This document shows positions 35,906-49,396 of a stretch of 64,000 nucleotides of DNA, piece after piece (the first letter of the stretch is position 1; the number at the start of each line of letters is the position of its first letter). A program made the position numbers and the translations under genes. Under the pieces are notes generated by a model. That model had not been told where the DNA came from, did no database searches, and worked only from the letters and a program-made list of their open reading frames with translations. Source of the DNA: Hydrolagus colliei (taxonomy: Eukaryota); assembly GCA_035084275.1 (NCBI GenBank), contig CM068769.1, forward strand, positions 1,674,001-1,738,000, given 5' to 3'.

Positions 35906-36374
35906 CTGGAGAGAGAGTAATTTATAAATTTGTGTTAATTGAATCGATCTCCTGTTCACTCGAGTTCACATGTTACACTGAAATCATATGAATGAAAATC
36001 GCCTGTTATTACAGTGCCATGTTGTTCAGGTTATCCTAGAAATTAGCAGCCTAGAAGGATGCAATTGAATGGCCAGCAGCTTTGCGACTTCTCGTCGGTT
36101 CATCACGTATCCTCTTTCATAGTGCAGAGAACGGTTTCGGTGGGAAGTAAAAGATCAGAGGAACATGAGATGATTCAAAGTGTCCATCTTATTCTGACAG
36201 TGTGTTGCATAAAAACATAAAAATTAAGGATGAGCATATTTTATCCGAAAATCATAAAATTGTTTAAGATGAAGAAGGCACTTCTATTGAGTTGAATTCA
36301 TACTTTCAGAATACCCCAAAGACCATATTCTCATTAAAATATGTATCTGTTTTTTTAAATAAGAAGAGAATCAA

Positions 36375-36965
36375 ACAACAACATCAAATTGCACTTATAT
36401 AGCGCCTTTCACATCGGGAGGACTTCCCAAAGGCGCAGCACAGGAGGCATTGACCCGAGTTGGGAGGCGAGTGTTCGGGATGTGACAAGAAACGTAGGGG
36501 AAGTCGAAGAATTAGGGTGGGGAACAGAAGGCACGATCGAAAACGAAAGTCTTCATCTGGCCTTCAAAGAGAAATGGAGGAAAGAAGGTGGAGGGATTGG
36601 GGGATGGAGTTCCAAACGGTGGGAGCGGAAAAACTGAAGGCCCGGCCAAAGATGGTGGGCGGTTCAGGCGGGGGGCTTGGAGCAAGCCTCGTATTGTTGT
36701 ACGGATTGTCCGGGAGGGCTTGTAGGGGGAGATTAGGTCGGAAAGAAAGCTCGGAGAAGGCCGTCTAAGGCCTTGAAGGTGAGGACGAGGATCTTGAACT
36801 CGATCCTCTGGGAGATGGGCAGCCAGTGGAGACGGGCAATGGTAGGGGTTATGTGGACGCGGAAGCGGGAGCGGGATAGTATACGGGCTGCAGAGTTTTG
36901 AATGATCTGCAGCCTGTGAATGGATGAGCTGGGGAGGCCGACAAGGAGAGATATCCAAACAACAT
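36375..36965 (-). mobile_element. L2 LINE 3' fragment
   Basis: RVQDPR-type frame, L2 tail gtgaaaggcgctatataagtgc. Confidence 0.8.
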
Positions 36966-36974
36966 GTCATGTTT

Positions 36975-37500
36975 CCGGAATGTGGCATTTAAATTCGTGG
37001 TGCATTGATCGTGGTGATGTCGACGCCTTTGTGTGGGTGATAGGGGGATCCAATCATGTTATGTTGATATGCAGCAACGGAAATTTTTCTATTGATTTGT
37101 ACAGCTTTTATCACATATATGGCAAAGATAAAATGGACCGATTGACCTCCTTTTGTGCTATATAATTCCAAGATTATATAAAAGGAGTCGAACAAAGGTG
37201 GAGCCTTGATGCAAACATTACTGGAGCAAATGACAAATGAAGTTTGATAATTATGAATGCAAAGTACTACACTGGAAACGGTCCAGGAAATAACAAACAC
37301 AAGTAATCCACGGTTTGGATTGATCTTGCGAATGGGCAGCTGAAAGTTGGGTTAAATATCACATTGATCACGATGTGAATTGAGAATCAGACAGCAATGG
37401 ATGAAGCTCCGTGGATAGATAGTTTACTATTCGTGATATTCACCCAACAGTCGTGTGGCTGTAAGATTGTTGGAAATGTATTTTAGGGGTTCGTGACTGT
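36975..37500 (+). mobile_element. Possible decayed RTE-type LINE RT fragment
   Basis: Remnants resembling GV.QG, ...ETVQE.T and VGLNI; heavily mutated. Confidence 0.3.
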
Positions 37501-37849
37501 AAAGGAAAACCTGAAACTGGAAGCAATGACTAATTCTAATTTGCAAAATGATACTTGTGTTATAAGACAAGTTGAGGTATTATACATTTATTATTTTAAG
37601 CAACAATGATTTGTTATCTGAAAACTCTTGATACGGATAATGATGTTGTTTCAAAAGATAGTAGCTAGCACCGGTCTGGGAGTTTGGGTGGGGGCAGGGG
37701 ATGTGGGTTAAGGCAGAGAAAGTAACGGTAGGTATATGTGGTAAAATGGATTGTTGAAGATCGAACACGACACCAAGTTTCTAGACTGAGTTACCTATTT
37801 TTAACGTGCATCCACGGATGGTAATGCTGTTCCTACCTGAGTAGTTAAT

Positions 37850-38570
37850 GTCAACATTACTTGTAGCATCACACTGTCACCTTCACACTATCACTGTAAC
37901 ATTATCACCATCATATTTTCAATGGCTCACTGTGACCATCACTATTAATGGCAATGTCTCTTTCACTAAGACCATCACGTCACTATCAAACTTTCACCAT
38001 CTGACTGTCACCAGCAAAATTCATGCTCACCATCACTGTTACCGTCATATTGCCACTGACTCTGCCATTGACACTTTCGTTTTCTCTGCATTTTTACAGC
38101 CAATGTCAACGTCACCATTACTGTTGACATCGCACTGTCACACTGACCACTACTCTAACCGTCACTCTGTCTCTGTCACTATCACTGCAACGATTATACT
38201 GCTAATATCACCATCACTGTCTCCATCACAATGAAACTGTGACCATCACTTTCAGCTTTACACTGCCATTACCCCAATCACAATAAATGTCACCATCACA
38301 CTGTCGTTATAACCATCACTGTTACCATCGCACTGCCACAGTAATCCTGCTTTTAGATCATGCTTTCTGCCTCACTACCGCCTCTCGCCCTGCTCTCTAC
38401 CATGCCCTTTTCTGTTGCTCGGGTCGCGAAGCTGAACGTGAAGCGACTTAGAACGTCCAACGTGAAAGGCGCTCTGTCAATGCTCTGCGCTCTTCCTTAT
38501 TTTGCTGTTGTAACCATCACTGTTACCATCACACTGTCAGTGTAACTCTATCGTCATCACACTTTCACTG
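37850..38570. repeat. Degenerate (ACCATCACTGTC)-like low-complexity repeat
   Basis: Recurrent accatcactgt units. Confidence 0.7.
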
Positions 38571-38827
38571 CCCTTCTTCTTTGTAGCTAACACTACCAGC
38601 TCTGTTTTTACTGATCATCGCTGAGCTCAAAAATCAAACTGAGGGCGCACGACATCACATTCGTCACATTCAGTTGGTCACTGCGTATGACTAGTAGACA
38701 AAAGATACATGCAGGTGAGGATAAAATGAAATTATGCCCTCCTCGTCTTTCCTTCAGCTTCTCGCTCGGTCTGTTATTGCCCCAGTTTTTGACAGTGACC
38801 AAAGTGAATGCAACTGTTGTTTAGTAC

Positions 38828-38932
38828 CTGATTTTATCGTCCACACAAGGAACCCAGTGGACAAAACGAAGACAATCGCAGCTCCTAAATCCTGGTTAAA
38901 TATTATGCCAGTATTGTTCGAGTTTCCATTGT
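38828..38932 (-). CDS. Isolated transmembrane exon TM2 (phase 1-1, 105 nt), paralog of TM1
   Basis: ctttctctccAG|AC...AATCAG|GTACTA; encodes NGNSNNTGIIFNQDLGAAIVFVLSTGFLVWTIKS. Confidence 0.55.
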
Positions 38933-39442
38933 CTGGAGAGAAAGTAATTTCCAAATTGATGTTAATTTAACTGACTCCAGTTCACTCGATTTCACATACT
39001 TCGCTGCAATCTGATGAACGAAAATCTATTTTTAAAACATTGTCTCGTACCGATATGTTTCAAAGTGTTTCATATGTTTATATAAACGTACAAATCAGCA
39101 GCCTAGATGGAATCCATTCAACAAGAAGCTGTGTTGCGTCTCTGTGTCGTCATTTTTCCTGTGTATCCCAATATAGAGAACGGTTGTGTTACAAATGAAA
39201 CTAACAGAGCAACGAGACTTATTCAAAGCATTGATCTGATTTTGCTGTTTGTTATATAACAATATTTAACTGAAGAATTGTGATAATGAACAGCTAAATG
39301 TTAGAATGTTGAGACGCCGAAGGAACGACGGTGCCGTTCACATAAGTAAATATTGATAATAATAATACTTGCACTTGATAATAATCATTGTATTTTATAT
39401 AGAACTTCTCATACCTTATATACGTCTCATAGCGCTCCAAGC

Positions 39443-40330
39443 GATATAGATATAGATGTAGATATAGATGTAGATGTGGATGTAGATATAGTTATAGATA
39501 TAGATAGGTTAAGTGACTGGGCAGGTAGGCGGCAGATGCAGTATAAGGTAGGGAATTGCGAAGACATCCACTTAGGTGGCAAAAACAGCAGATAGGGTTT
39601 TTGGTACAGTGGGAGAGATTGGAAGTGTTGCTTTCCAGAGGGGCTTGGGTGTCCTTGTACATCAAACACAGAGACTTAGTACGCAGGTGCATCGGGCGAT
39701 TAGGCAGGATAACAGTCTGTTAGCTTTCATTCTGAAGAGGTTGGATTACAGCATTAGGGAAGTCTTGCTGCAGCTGTATAGGGCTTCGGTGAGACCGCAC
39801 CAGGTATATTGTGCGCAGTTGTGATCTCCTTATTTAACGAAGTATGTACTTGTCTTGGAGGTAGTGCAACGTACAAATACTAGGTTAGTACCTGGAATAA
39901 ACGGGTTGCATAGTGATGATAGATTGACTACTTTGAGATTATAGTCTCTGAAATATAGAAAAACTAGAGGGAATCTAACAAAAACCTATATGCATCTTAG
40001 GGGCACCACATATTAGATAGTGGGAGATTGTTTCCCCTGTTTGGAAAAACTAAAATTGGGGGTGACAATCTTAAATTTAGGGGTGAGCACTTTCGCACTG
40101 AGTTCAGAGAAAACTTCTTCAGCAGAGGATAGTAAATATATGGAATTCCTTATCCAAAGGGCGTTGGTGTTCAAGCCTTGATCATATTGGAAACTGAGAT
40201 AGATAGATTTCTCATTCTTAAAGGGAATAAGGGGTATGGATATGCGGCAGCTATCTAGAGTTAGAATGGAATATCAGCCATGATTGAATGGCGGGGCAGG
40301 CATGATGGGTCGAATGCCATGCTCCTGCTC
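39443..40330 (+). mobile_element. CR1 3' fragment (second subfamily) preceded by a (GATATA)n expansion
   Basis: DIDRLSDWA.R.QMQY.V.NCE.IHLG; LYRASVRPH..YC.Q; 3'UTR gggtcgaatg. Confidence 0.8.
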
Positions 40331-42439
40331 CTACTTCTTATGTTCCTATCCTCTGACGTAATATACTGTCAAGTGAATAGATAGTGTATTTGTGGGAGAA
40401 AAGGAGCATGAATATTATTAAGCAAACGTGCCCAACATTTCCTGCTGACCTGTCTGAAATCAAAGCACATGTCTTACGCTTGTAAGGCTATTGCTCCAAC
40501 CACTGAGCTACAGAACACCACCTACGTAGGTTTTTCAACGCCCTGGAATGTACTCCCGACGTGAAAGGCGCTCTACAAATGTAATTTTGTTATTGTTTTT
40601 GTTTTCAGATCATCTAGTCGTCTCAAAGCGCTTTACAGAATATTGTAAAGTGAAATGACTGTATATTTCTCGGCGAAATGGTGCACGCATATGAATGAGC
40701 AGCTAATGTATCCCAGATTTTTTGATGGTATCTTTAAACTGAATCGAATATGACACACCTATTCACTATTCGGGGGTAGTATGTGCATCGCGAAAAGATC
40801 AAGGGAGATGATACATTAAATCAAACTTCCTTCTGCGTGTTCTCAAGTGCATTAGCGATTCCATGGCACCAATCATATGGGACGGGATTTTCACAGTTAA
40901 CAGTCACTCCATCGCTTTTGATCGGAACACTAATTTTCCACATGGTGCATCCGTATAACACTTACGCTTGTAAGGCGATTGCTCCAAACATTGAGCTACA
41001 GAACGCCACCTGTATAGGTTTTTCAACGCCTTGGGATGTATTCCCCACGTATATTGAGTATACATTCCGAAAGAATGTAAAAACTTCTGATGGTATTTGG
41101 GATCTTCAAACTGATCCCAAATAGTGACAGTAATGTCACTGTATGAAATCCATAGATTAATTTATTTTAGTATGCCGGATGTCTGCCATATGTGCAAATC
41201 CATCATCACATATTAGTCTATTCAAATCAAACACAGTTTCATTCTACACAGGCAAATCCAAGAGATATATCGTCTGACTTGAATGTGCATTTCTCCTGAA
41301 TGGGTATCGGTAAAGATTTTGGCTTACATGGTTAACAGGGGCTGAGTGGGAGTATTAATTGCAGCAGTCAATAATTTGCATTTCCTGGTTTCCGATAAGC
41401 CAAACAGGCTGTGTTTTAATAAGCCATGTCTTGGAATACTGCGGAATGGCATTCGGGTTGTGCAGGCTGGACAAGCAGTAGGAAACCCTGCTGTCGATCA
41501 ATAGCAAACTAAACGGTTTTAGCTGTTTACATCTCAATTCACATTATGGAGGCAGCAAACTTTTTATTAATTGCAAACTCAACGTAAGGCTTTCTGTTAT
41601 CAGGTACATCAGAAGCGCCCGAACAGGTGTCGAAATCAACTCTGCGTAGTTTTCAAAAGTACCTTTTGCCCCGTCGCACAGTTCGTGAAGAAAATCTCTA
41701 AACCACTTCAACTCCTTTTTGATCATCTAAACATCATAGAATCATAGACTTTTACAACAACAACAATTTGGATTTATATAGCTCCCTCCACCCAGACGGC
41801 GTCTGAAAGTGCTTCATAATAACGGATCTCTGGAATGAGGCAAAGGAACGGGAAAACTTGAACAAAAGCACGATCCAAACGGAAACTGTAAACTGAAAAT
41901 AGAAAATAGTAAAAGATGCGGCGAGGCCTAGGGAGTTCCACAGCCACGTTGCGTAGTGGCTGAAGGGACGGAGCGATCAATTCGGAGGATAAAGAGGAGG
42001 CCAATCTCGGTAGAGCAAAGACAACGCGTTCTATTGTGCGGAGACAGGAGGTCATAGAGATAGGGAGTGCAGAGGAGTGGAAGGATTCGAAAACAAGGAT
42101 TCCATCCTTTCCGAGGCAGGGAGCCAGTAAAGTGTGGCAAGGAATGGGGTACACGGGTACACCTTTTATCTGGCACTGTTCCCACTCCCCTCAAAATCGC
42201 CGTTATCACCTCAACGTAACGAAAAACTTCCCTTGATGTGTCGCAGCTCTCTGGCTACCGGCCAATCTCTAACGAACCTTTCCTTTCTGAAAGATACTGA
42301 TAGCGTTTACTCAATTGAGGTATTAGGGGATATGGCGATAGGGAAAGTAACTAGAGTTAGGTCAGATGATCAGCCATGATCTTATCGAATGGCGGGTCAG
42401 GCTCGATGGGCCAAATGGCCCACCCCGGCTCCTAATTCT

Positions 42440-44160
42440 TATTTTCTTTCCAAGGTCCTCGAAAATGTGGTTGCGTCCTAGTTCGTCTCTTTCCTTTCAC
42501 CACACGCACTAACTTACTGCTCCCTCAGCTCCCCCTCCTCTGCCCATTGCTGGCTGATATCATCAAGTAGTCAAGTGGGCTTCACCCACCAATCGGATTT
42601 CCGTGCCACGAACAGCACAGAAACCGCTCTGATCAAGGTCAAAAACGATATCCTCGACACCTGCAACCAGATCTCCCTCTGCCTCCTCGTCCTCCGCGAT
42701 CTGTCCGCTGCCTTTGACACCGTACATCTTTCAATCCTCCTCAACCACCTATTCTCCACCCTCAACCTCCAGCCACAGTGCAAAAATGGTTCCGGTGATA
42801 ACTCTCACCGCGCATTCACTTGGTCTTCTCCAATGGCTTTTCATCCAACCATCGCAAAGTCTCATGTGGCCTAACATAGAGCGCAGCACTTGGCTCCCTT
42901 CTCTTCACCATCTACATGCTGCGACTCGGCGAGAACATCCGCCGACATGGGATAAAATGGGACAGATACGGACAGCCACCTGTTGCCGACACCACACGCA
43001 CTAACTTACTGCTCCCTCAGCTCCCCCTCATCTGCCCACTGCTGGCTGATATCATCAAGTAGTCAATTTCCACAGGATCCGTCACTGGCAACCTAAAAAC
43101 TGCTGCCATCACTCCATCCTTCAAAAAAACCTCCATGTATCCCTCAAACACTAGCCCCTACCGTCCTATCCTTAAACTTCCTTTCCTTTCCAAAGCACTG
43201 GAGAAAGTTGTTGAAAACCAAATCAGAGCTCAACTCTCTCTCTATCTGCATCTTCGAACCCCTCCAATCTGGTATCCGCCCTGCCCAGAGTATAGAGACT
43301 GCGATTGTGAAAGTCACAAATGACGTGCTCTCTATCTGCGACCCGGTCTCCCTCTGTCCCTTACCCTTCTGGACCTGTCCGCTGCGTTCGATTTAGTCGA
43401 CCACACCATCCTGCTGCACCGCCTGTCCTCCGTTACCCAGCTCAGTAGAACCGCATTCAACAGTTTCGAGTCCTACCTCACAAATCGCCAGCAGAATATC
43501 TCCACAAACAGCTTTTCCTCCCGCTCTCACCCAGTTCTCACCCAATACCCCTGTGGGGTAAACAATGGATCCATCCTCGGCACCTTCCTCTTTCTCATCT
43601 GCACACTCCCTCTTGGGGATGTCATCCGCAGACATTGGACACACTTTCACAGGTACCCGAATGACACGCAACTCTATTTCCCTACTTCAAATCAGAGATT
43701 CTGCAGTCCACTGATGTTCTGGAAGCCTGCCTGTCAGAAATCAGGAGCTGGATGAGCGCAATTTCCTTGCAGCTGCATGTTGACAAGTCGGAGGCCATAC
43801 TCCTCGGCTCTCGTCAACGTCTCCATTCGCACGGATCTCAAGTCCTCCACCTATCCGGCCTGCCCCTAAAATTCTCCGAACCCATGCACAACGAATGCGT
43901 CTGGTTCAACCCCCAACTTTCTTTCCTCCCCCATGTCCGGTCCCTCACCATCACCGCCTTCGACGGATCGCCCGTCTCCGGCAATACGTCAACCCAAAAG
44001 CCTCTGAAACCTTGGTGCATACGTTTGTCACGTAACGGATGGCCTATTGCAACGCCCTCCTCGCCGATGTCGGCTCCACCCCAATCCACCAAATCCAGCT
44101 AATTCAAAACTCTGCCGCCCGCATACTGACCCGCACCAAGCTTCACTCCCCTATTATCCC
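42440..44160 (+). mobile_element. Rearranged L2 RT fragments
   Basis: QSDFRA.NSTETAL, DLSAAFDTV, YRPILKLPFLSK. Confidence 0.75.
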
Positions 44161-44169
44161 AGCCCTTGC

Positions 44170-44725
44170 CAAACATCAAAAGAAAATAAGAACATAAGAA
44201 TTAAGAGCAGGAATAGGCCATTCGGCCCTTCCAGCATGCTTCGCCATTCAATAAGATCATGGCTGATCTTCTCACCCAGTCTGATTACCCGCGCTATCAC
44301 CATATTCCCAAATCCCTCTATTTTTCAAAAATCTATCAGTCTCAGACTTGAAAATGTTCAAAGATTGAGCATCTACAGCCTTCTGGGGTAGTGATTTCCA
44401 TAACTTCGCTAACCTCCGAGTGACGAAATGCTTCATCACCACTGTTCTAACAGGCTGACCCTTAATGTTGAGACGGCGTTCCTTGGTTACAGATTCTACT
44501 ACCAGGGGAAACAGTCCCTTAGTGTCTCATTTACGTAGCCCTTTAAGAAACTTGTACGTTGCAATAAGATGCCCCCTAATTCTTCTGTACTCCAGAGAAT
44601 ACAGGCATAGTTTATTCAACCTATCCAAATAGGTCAGTCCCCTCATCGCAGGAACTAACCTAGTGAATCTACGCTGAATCTAAGGCAATTATCTCATTTT
44701 TTAAATAACGAGACTAAAACTGCAA
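44170..44725 (-). mobile_element. CR1 3' fragment (AAGAACAT-type tail)
   Basis: aagaacataagaattaagagcaggaataggccattcggccc. Confidence 0.75.
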
Positions 44726-44729
44726 ACAA

Positions 44730-46010
44730 TCGGCTCCCTGTCCCTGGGAGGATCGACTTCAAGTTCCTCACACAGTTTTCAAGTCTCCCTCCATTCCTCT
44801 GCACCCCCTACATTTCTGATATCCTCTCCCCCCAACCCAGCACCCGCTGCCTTCGCTACGGGTCTGGCTACCTCCATGTCCCTGAATACGCCGTGTCCCC
44901 TTTCCTCCCATCTACAACATAATGGGTCTGTCTCGTGCGGCGTTCCTCAGGATTCTATCCATCATCCCCTCCTCTTCACAATCTGTGTGATCCTCTCAGT
45001 GGCATCATCCGCAGACATGAGGTAAATTTCGAAATTGATGCGGATGGCACCCAACACTTCCTTTCGAATTCCACCCTCGACTCTGGGACTACTGCAGTTT
45101 TGACTGTGTGTCTATCTGACACTGAGTCGTGCACGAGGGATAACTTCCTCCAACTAAACATCAACAAGGTGGAGGCCCTCCTGGTGGGCCCAGGTCAGCG
45201 ACTCCGCAAATGAGTCTCTTACAACTTCAGCGTTCAAGGCTGCTCTATCCAACTCTGGAAGTCAGCCAGGAATCAGGGCGTCTTGTTTGACACTGAACAG
45301 TCCTTTCTCCCCCATATCCACGCCATGACCGGCAAAGCCGTCCACCATCTCCGTAACATTGCCAGAGTCCGCCTTTGCCTTCCCCTTCCCCCATTCTGCT
45401 GAAACATTCATTCTTGCATTCATTCCATCTAGGATTGATTAAATGAATTCCCTCCTTGTTGGCCTACCCAGCACCTCACTTCAAGAACCGCAGGTTATTC
45501 AGAATTCTGCAGCTCGTGTATTCTCCCGCACTAGACGCCGCGACCACATCACTCCCACCCTTGCCAGTATGCTATAGCTCAACATCGCCCTGAGTATCGA
45601 ATTCAAGATCCTCGTCCTCACCTTCAAGGCCATTCAGAGATTTGCCCCGTCTCTCTTACCTACTGTCTTATTATTAGACCGTCCCCTCCGTTCAGCAGAC
45701 TCAGGCCTGCGTCTTCCGCCATAACTACGATCCCTCGGTGGCTGGGCTTTCAGCCTCTCAGCTCCCACAATGTGGAATTCCATCCCGCAGCAGTTCCTCC
45801 CTTTCGTCCTTCAAAGCCTATCTCAAGACCTTCCGCTTCGACCCAGAATTATACTCTACTCTTAACTCTTCCCCTTCTCCTACTCCCCTTCCCTTTCCAC
45901 CCACTCCGACTACCCACAATGCTCGGGTCGCGACCTAATTGTTCAGCGACTTGGAACGTCCTCCCGACGTGAAAGACGCTATATCAATGTAATTGTGTTG
46001 TTGTTGTTTC
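44730..46010 (+). mobile_element. L2 3' fragment(s)
   Basis: LQLNINKVEALLVG; attcagaattctgcagctcgtg; L2 tail with (TTG)n. Confidence 0.75.
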
Positions 46011-46339
46011 GTATAAGTGAGAATGCGGGCGGCATAATTTGGGGTAAGATTGATTTATTCAATTGTGTTGTAGGGGTGATCGGCGAGATGGGCATTCGAA
46101 TAGTATACCCATTCGGTGACAAAGGTTTTCCGCAGCTGTTGGGATGAGATATTGGCACAGACGTTCGATGCATTGGAGATGGAAGAATGCGGTGCTCGGG
46201 TTGGGGAGGTGGGCGATGTGGGCTAGGAGGGATGAATCATGGGTCGAATGTGACGCCTATGTTGAGTACATATTCAGAGAATTTTAGGGGCAGGTAGGGT
46301 AGGTTGAGTATGTGTGAGCCGTGTGATTGAAGACATCGA

Positions 46340-47270
46340 CAAGATCCAAAATGTATGGAAGCCATTCGGCCCATCGAGTCCATACCGACTGTTTAAAAAG
46401 AGCAATTTAACGTCAATCACACTCCCGGCTCTCTCTCCATAACCCAAAAACTCGAACTACCCAAAATAACATTCCTCTCGCTTTTATAACTAGGTATCGA
46501 ATCGGCCTCCATCAGGCAATGCATTCCGGATTCGAACAATTAGCTTAGTCACCAAATTTCACCTCAATTCCCATATGCTTCTTTTTAGAAACTATTTAAA
46601 ACTTATCACTAGACTTTCACTGGTTACCTTTTCGAATCCCCTCACGATTTTGAAAACCTCTATTGGGTCTGCTCGTACCCTTCTTTGTTCCAGTGAGAAT
46701 AAAGCTCGCCTCTCCAACCTTTACTCATAACCAATTTTCCTCATCTCTCGTAGAAACCGAGTAAATTTCATCCGCACACTTTCCAATGCCGTAACGTAGT
46801 TCCTGAAGTGTAGTGCTGATAAATGAACACATTACTCCAGACGAGTCCTAACCAGCGGTTTATGTATTCTATGTCCCTTTTTACGAAAAGCTAGTATCGT
46901 GCAAGCTTGTTAAACACACTTAATAACCTGCCCTGCCACATTCATAGATTAATTACATCAACCTCCATATTTCTCCGTTTCTTCACTCCCCACCCCAACA
47001 ATTGTACTAGCAACCTAAATTGCCTTTCCTCATTCTTCCTCCCAAGATGCATTACATCACATTTCTTCGCATTAAACATCATCTGCCATGTGCCTACCGA
47101 TTTTCACCTTTCTCTCATTGTCCGCTTACAGTCTGTAAGCGGACAATGAGCTTCCTCATTATTTACTAATTTGATCGTTTATATTTCTTAAAAAGAGCAG
47201 CGTTTCAAATCCCGATCCCTAGGGAATACCACCGTACACTAATCTCCATTCAGGAAACCAACCGTGAACA
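46340..47270 (-). mobile_element. Decayed CR1 3' fragment
   Basis: ccattcggcccatcgagtc 3'UTR; ccaagatgcattacatcacatt. Confidence 0.7.
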
Positions 47271-47439
47271 GTAACTACCTACTTAACTTATCCATCCGGC
47301 GTGGACGCCTTTGGGTGACTTTTGGGGTATTGTTGTTAATTTCTCTCTCCCAGACAGTTCCGGATCACTTTAATATCGTAGGATTAGATAGTCCTTAGAA
47401 TTCTGATGCTTTTTTACATATGTCTCTTATAACTCGTTC

Positions 47440-49175
47440 ATTTTTCCTTCCGTATCCAAGGTTGGGAATGATTTAGGTCAAGTTCACAGAAAGAGTGGAC
47501 TACCCCCTTGCACTTAAACTCGTGTTCACCAGGGACCTTTGCGTCTCGGATATCAGCATCACTGACGAGGCCATCTGCAACCACCAATTCATCTCCTTCA
47601 ACTCCTCTAAACCTCTCCACTCTACCCCCAAACCTACCATCTTCTACCTCTCGTGGACGGAGATTCCCCACAAAAACATTCTCCACTGTCTTCGAGTCCT
47701 CCGAAATCCTTGAATCTGGCCCACCTCCTGCACTAAACTATCTACCGCACTCACCGTTCTCAACCACACCCTCTACACCACATTCAACACACATGCCCCC
47801 CTCACTTCCCGAACTGCCTCCTGCTCCCGAAACTCACCCTGATTCATCATCCACCGTTCGTCCATCAAGCGCCAGGTAGGGCCGCTGAACGGTCCACCTG
47901 CATATCTGGCTGGACGGCACATCTTCCTATCGCTCTGCCTTATCCTCCGCTTAATTCTCCTTGTACACCAAGATAATGCTGGAGGCGAAGGACAAATCCC
48001 GTCTTCTCTACTCTACCAAAACCATCTGATCTGTCCACCTCGTGTCACCTCGCAGATCCTCTCCTCCAATTCCCGCAAGGAAATCCAGCAAGGAAATGCT
48101 GGATTTCCTCGTGACCAAAATAAAGGCTCTGCGGTCACTGTCCTCCCAACCTCCACCCCTGCCCACCTCCTCCACAACCGGTCTCCTACACATCCCTCAC
48201 TCCACACTTTCGACCGCATCTCCCCATCTTCCGTCATTGACAGGATCTGCTCCATGAAGCTCACCAACTGGTAGATTCCATCCCCACCCCTCTCCTCATC
48301 ACCCAGCTCCATCTTCTAGCTTCTCCGATCACCAACACTATCAAACTGTCCGTCTTGCCTGCGACTGGTCCAACCCACCATCAAAAACGTCAACATCATC
48401 CTTTTCTTAAAAAATACTTCCCTCGGTACATCGATGCGTCGCAGGTATAAAGCTACCGGCCAATCTCCAACCTTCCCGTCCTTTCCAAGGTCCTTCAAAA
48501 AATCGTTGCTGCCACCTCCGCTTTATTCTCACTAAACATTCACCAGTCTAACCCGTCCAATCGGGTTTCCGTGCCTCCCACAGCACGTAAACTGCCCTGG
48601 TCACGGTCACAAACGATATCCTGTCCATTTGAAACCTGATCGCCCTCTGCCTATTCGTCCTCCTCAACCCATCGTGGACTACGCTGTCCTACTCCAAACA
48701 CCTCTCCTCTCTACTCAACCTGCAAGAATCTGTCCTCGAATGGATCCGTTCCTAGCTCTCCCACCATCTTCACTTCGTCTCCTCCTATGGGTTTTCCTCC
48801 AGCCCCCGCACGGTCACATGTAGCGTCCCCCGGGTCACTGTCTTTGGCCTCCTGCTCTTCAGCTTCTAAACTCTCTCCCTCGGAGCCATCTTCCGCAGGT
48901 TTTCGGGCTTTCAGCGTCACTGCTCCTACAATATGCAAGTCCATCCTGACGCCCCTCGGCGTCGCTTCCTCCTTTGTCACCATCAAGGCTGGTATCAATT
49001 CCTTTCTCTTCGACCGCGCCTTCGGCTGCCCTTACTAACTTTCCCACTCTCCCACTCTCCTTCCCCTGCTCCGACCCGCCCCCCTCTCGGTCGGTTCCCG
49101 ACCTGACTGATCATCGCTTTTGGATGTCCTCCCGACGTAACACGCGCCATACAAGTGCATTTTTATTATGGATCG
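47440..49175 (+). mobile_element. Decayed, internally deleted L2
   Basis: APE remnant (D..I.NH), RT remnant tcgggtttccgtgcctcccacagcac, L2 3' tail. Confidence 0.7.
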
Positions 49176-49276
49176 TTGATTGCCTTCTTATCTTTCCCTG
49201 CATCCCTGACCTTTATTTGTTTCTAATAACGTCATTAAAAATATTGAATTTAACAATCAAATATTTTTGTCAATAC

Positions 49277-49396
49277 CTGTGAAAGTTCCGCTCATCCACA
49301 CAGAGATTGCAATGACAACCAGAATTACAAGTAGCCATACAATGAAAACATTGTTGTTTTGGCAACATCTGCAACGTCGAAATCCTTTTTCATTCT
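49277..49396 (-). CDS. Transmembrane exon TM3 (phase 1-1, 120 nt) of the predicted spliced gene
   Basis: tcattgtttttccAG|AG...TTCACAG|GTATTG; encodes NEKGFRRCRCCQNNNVFIVWLLVILVVIAISVWMSGTFT. Confidence 0.7.
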
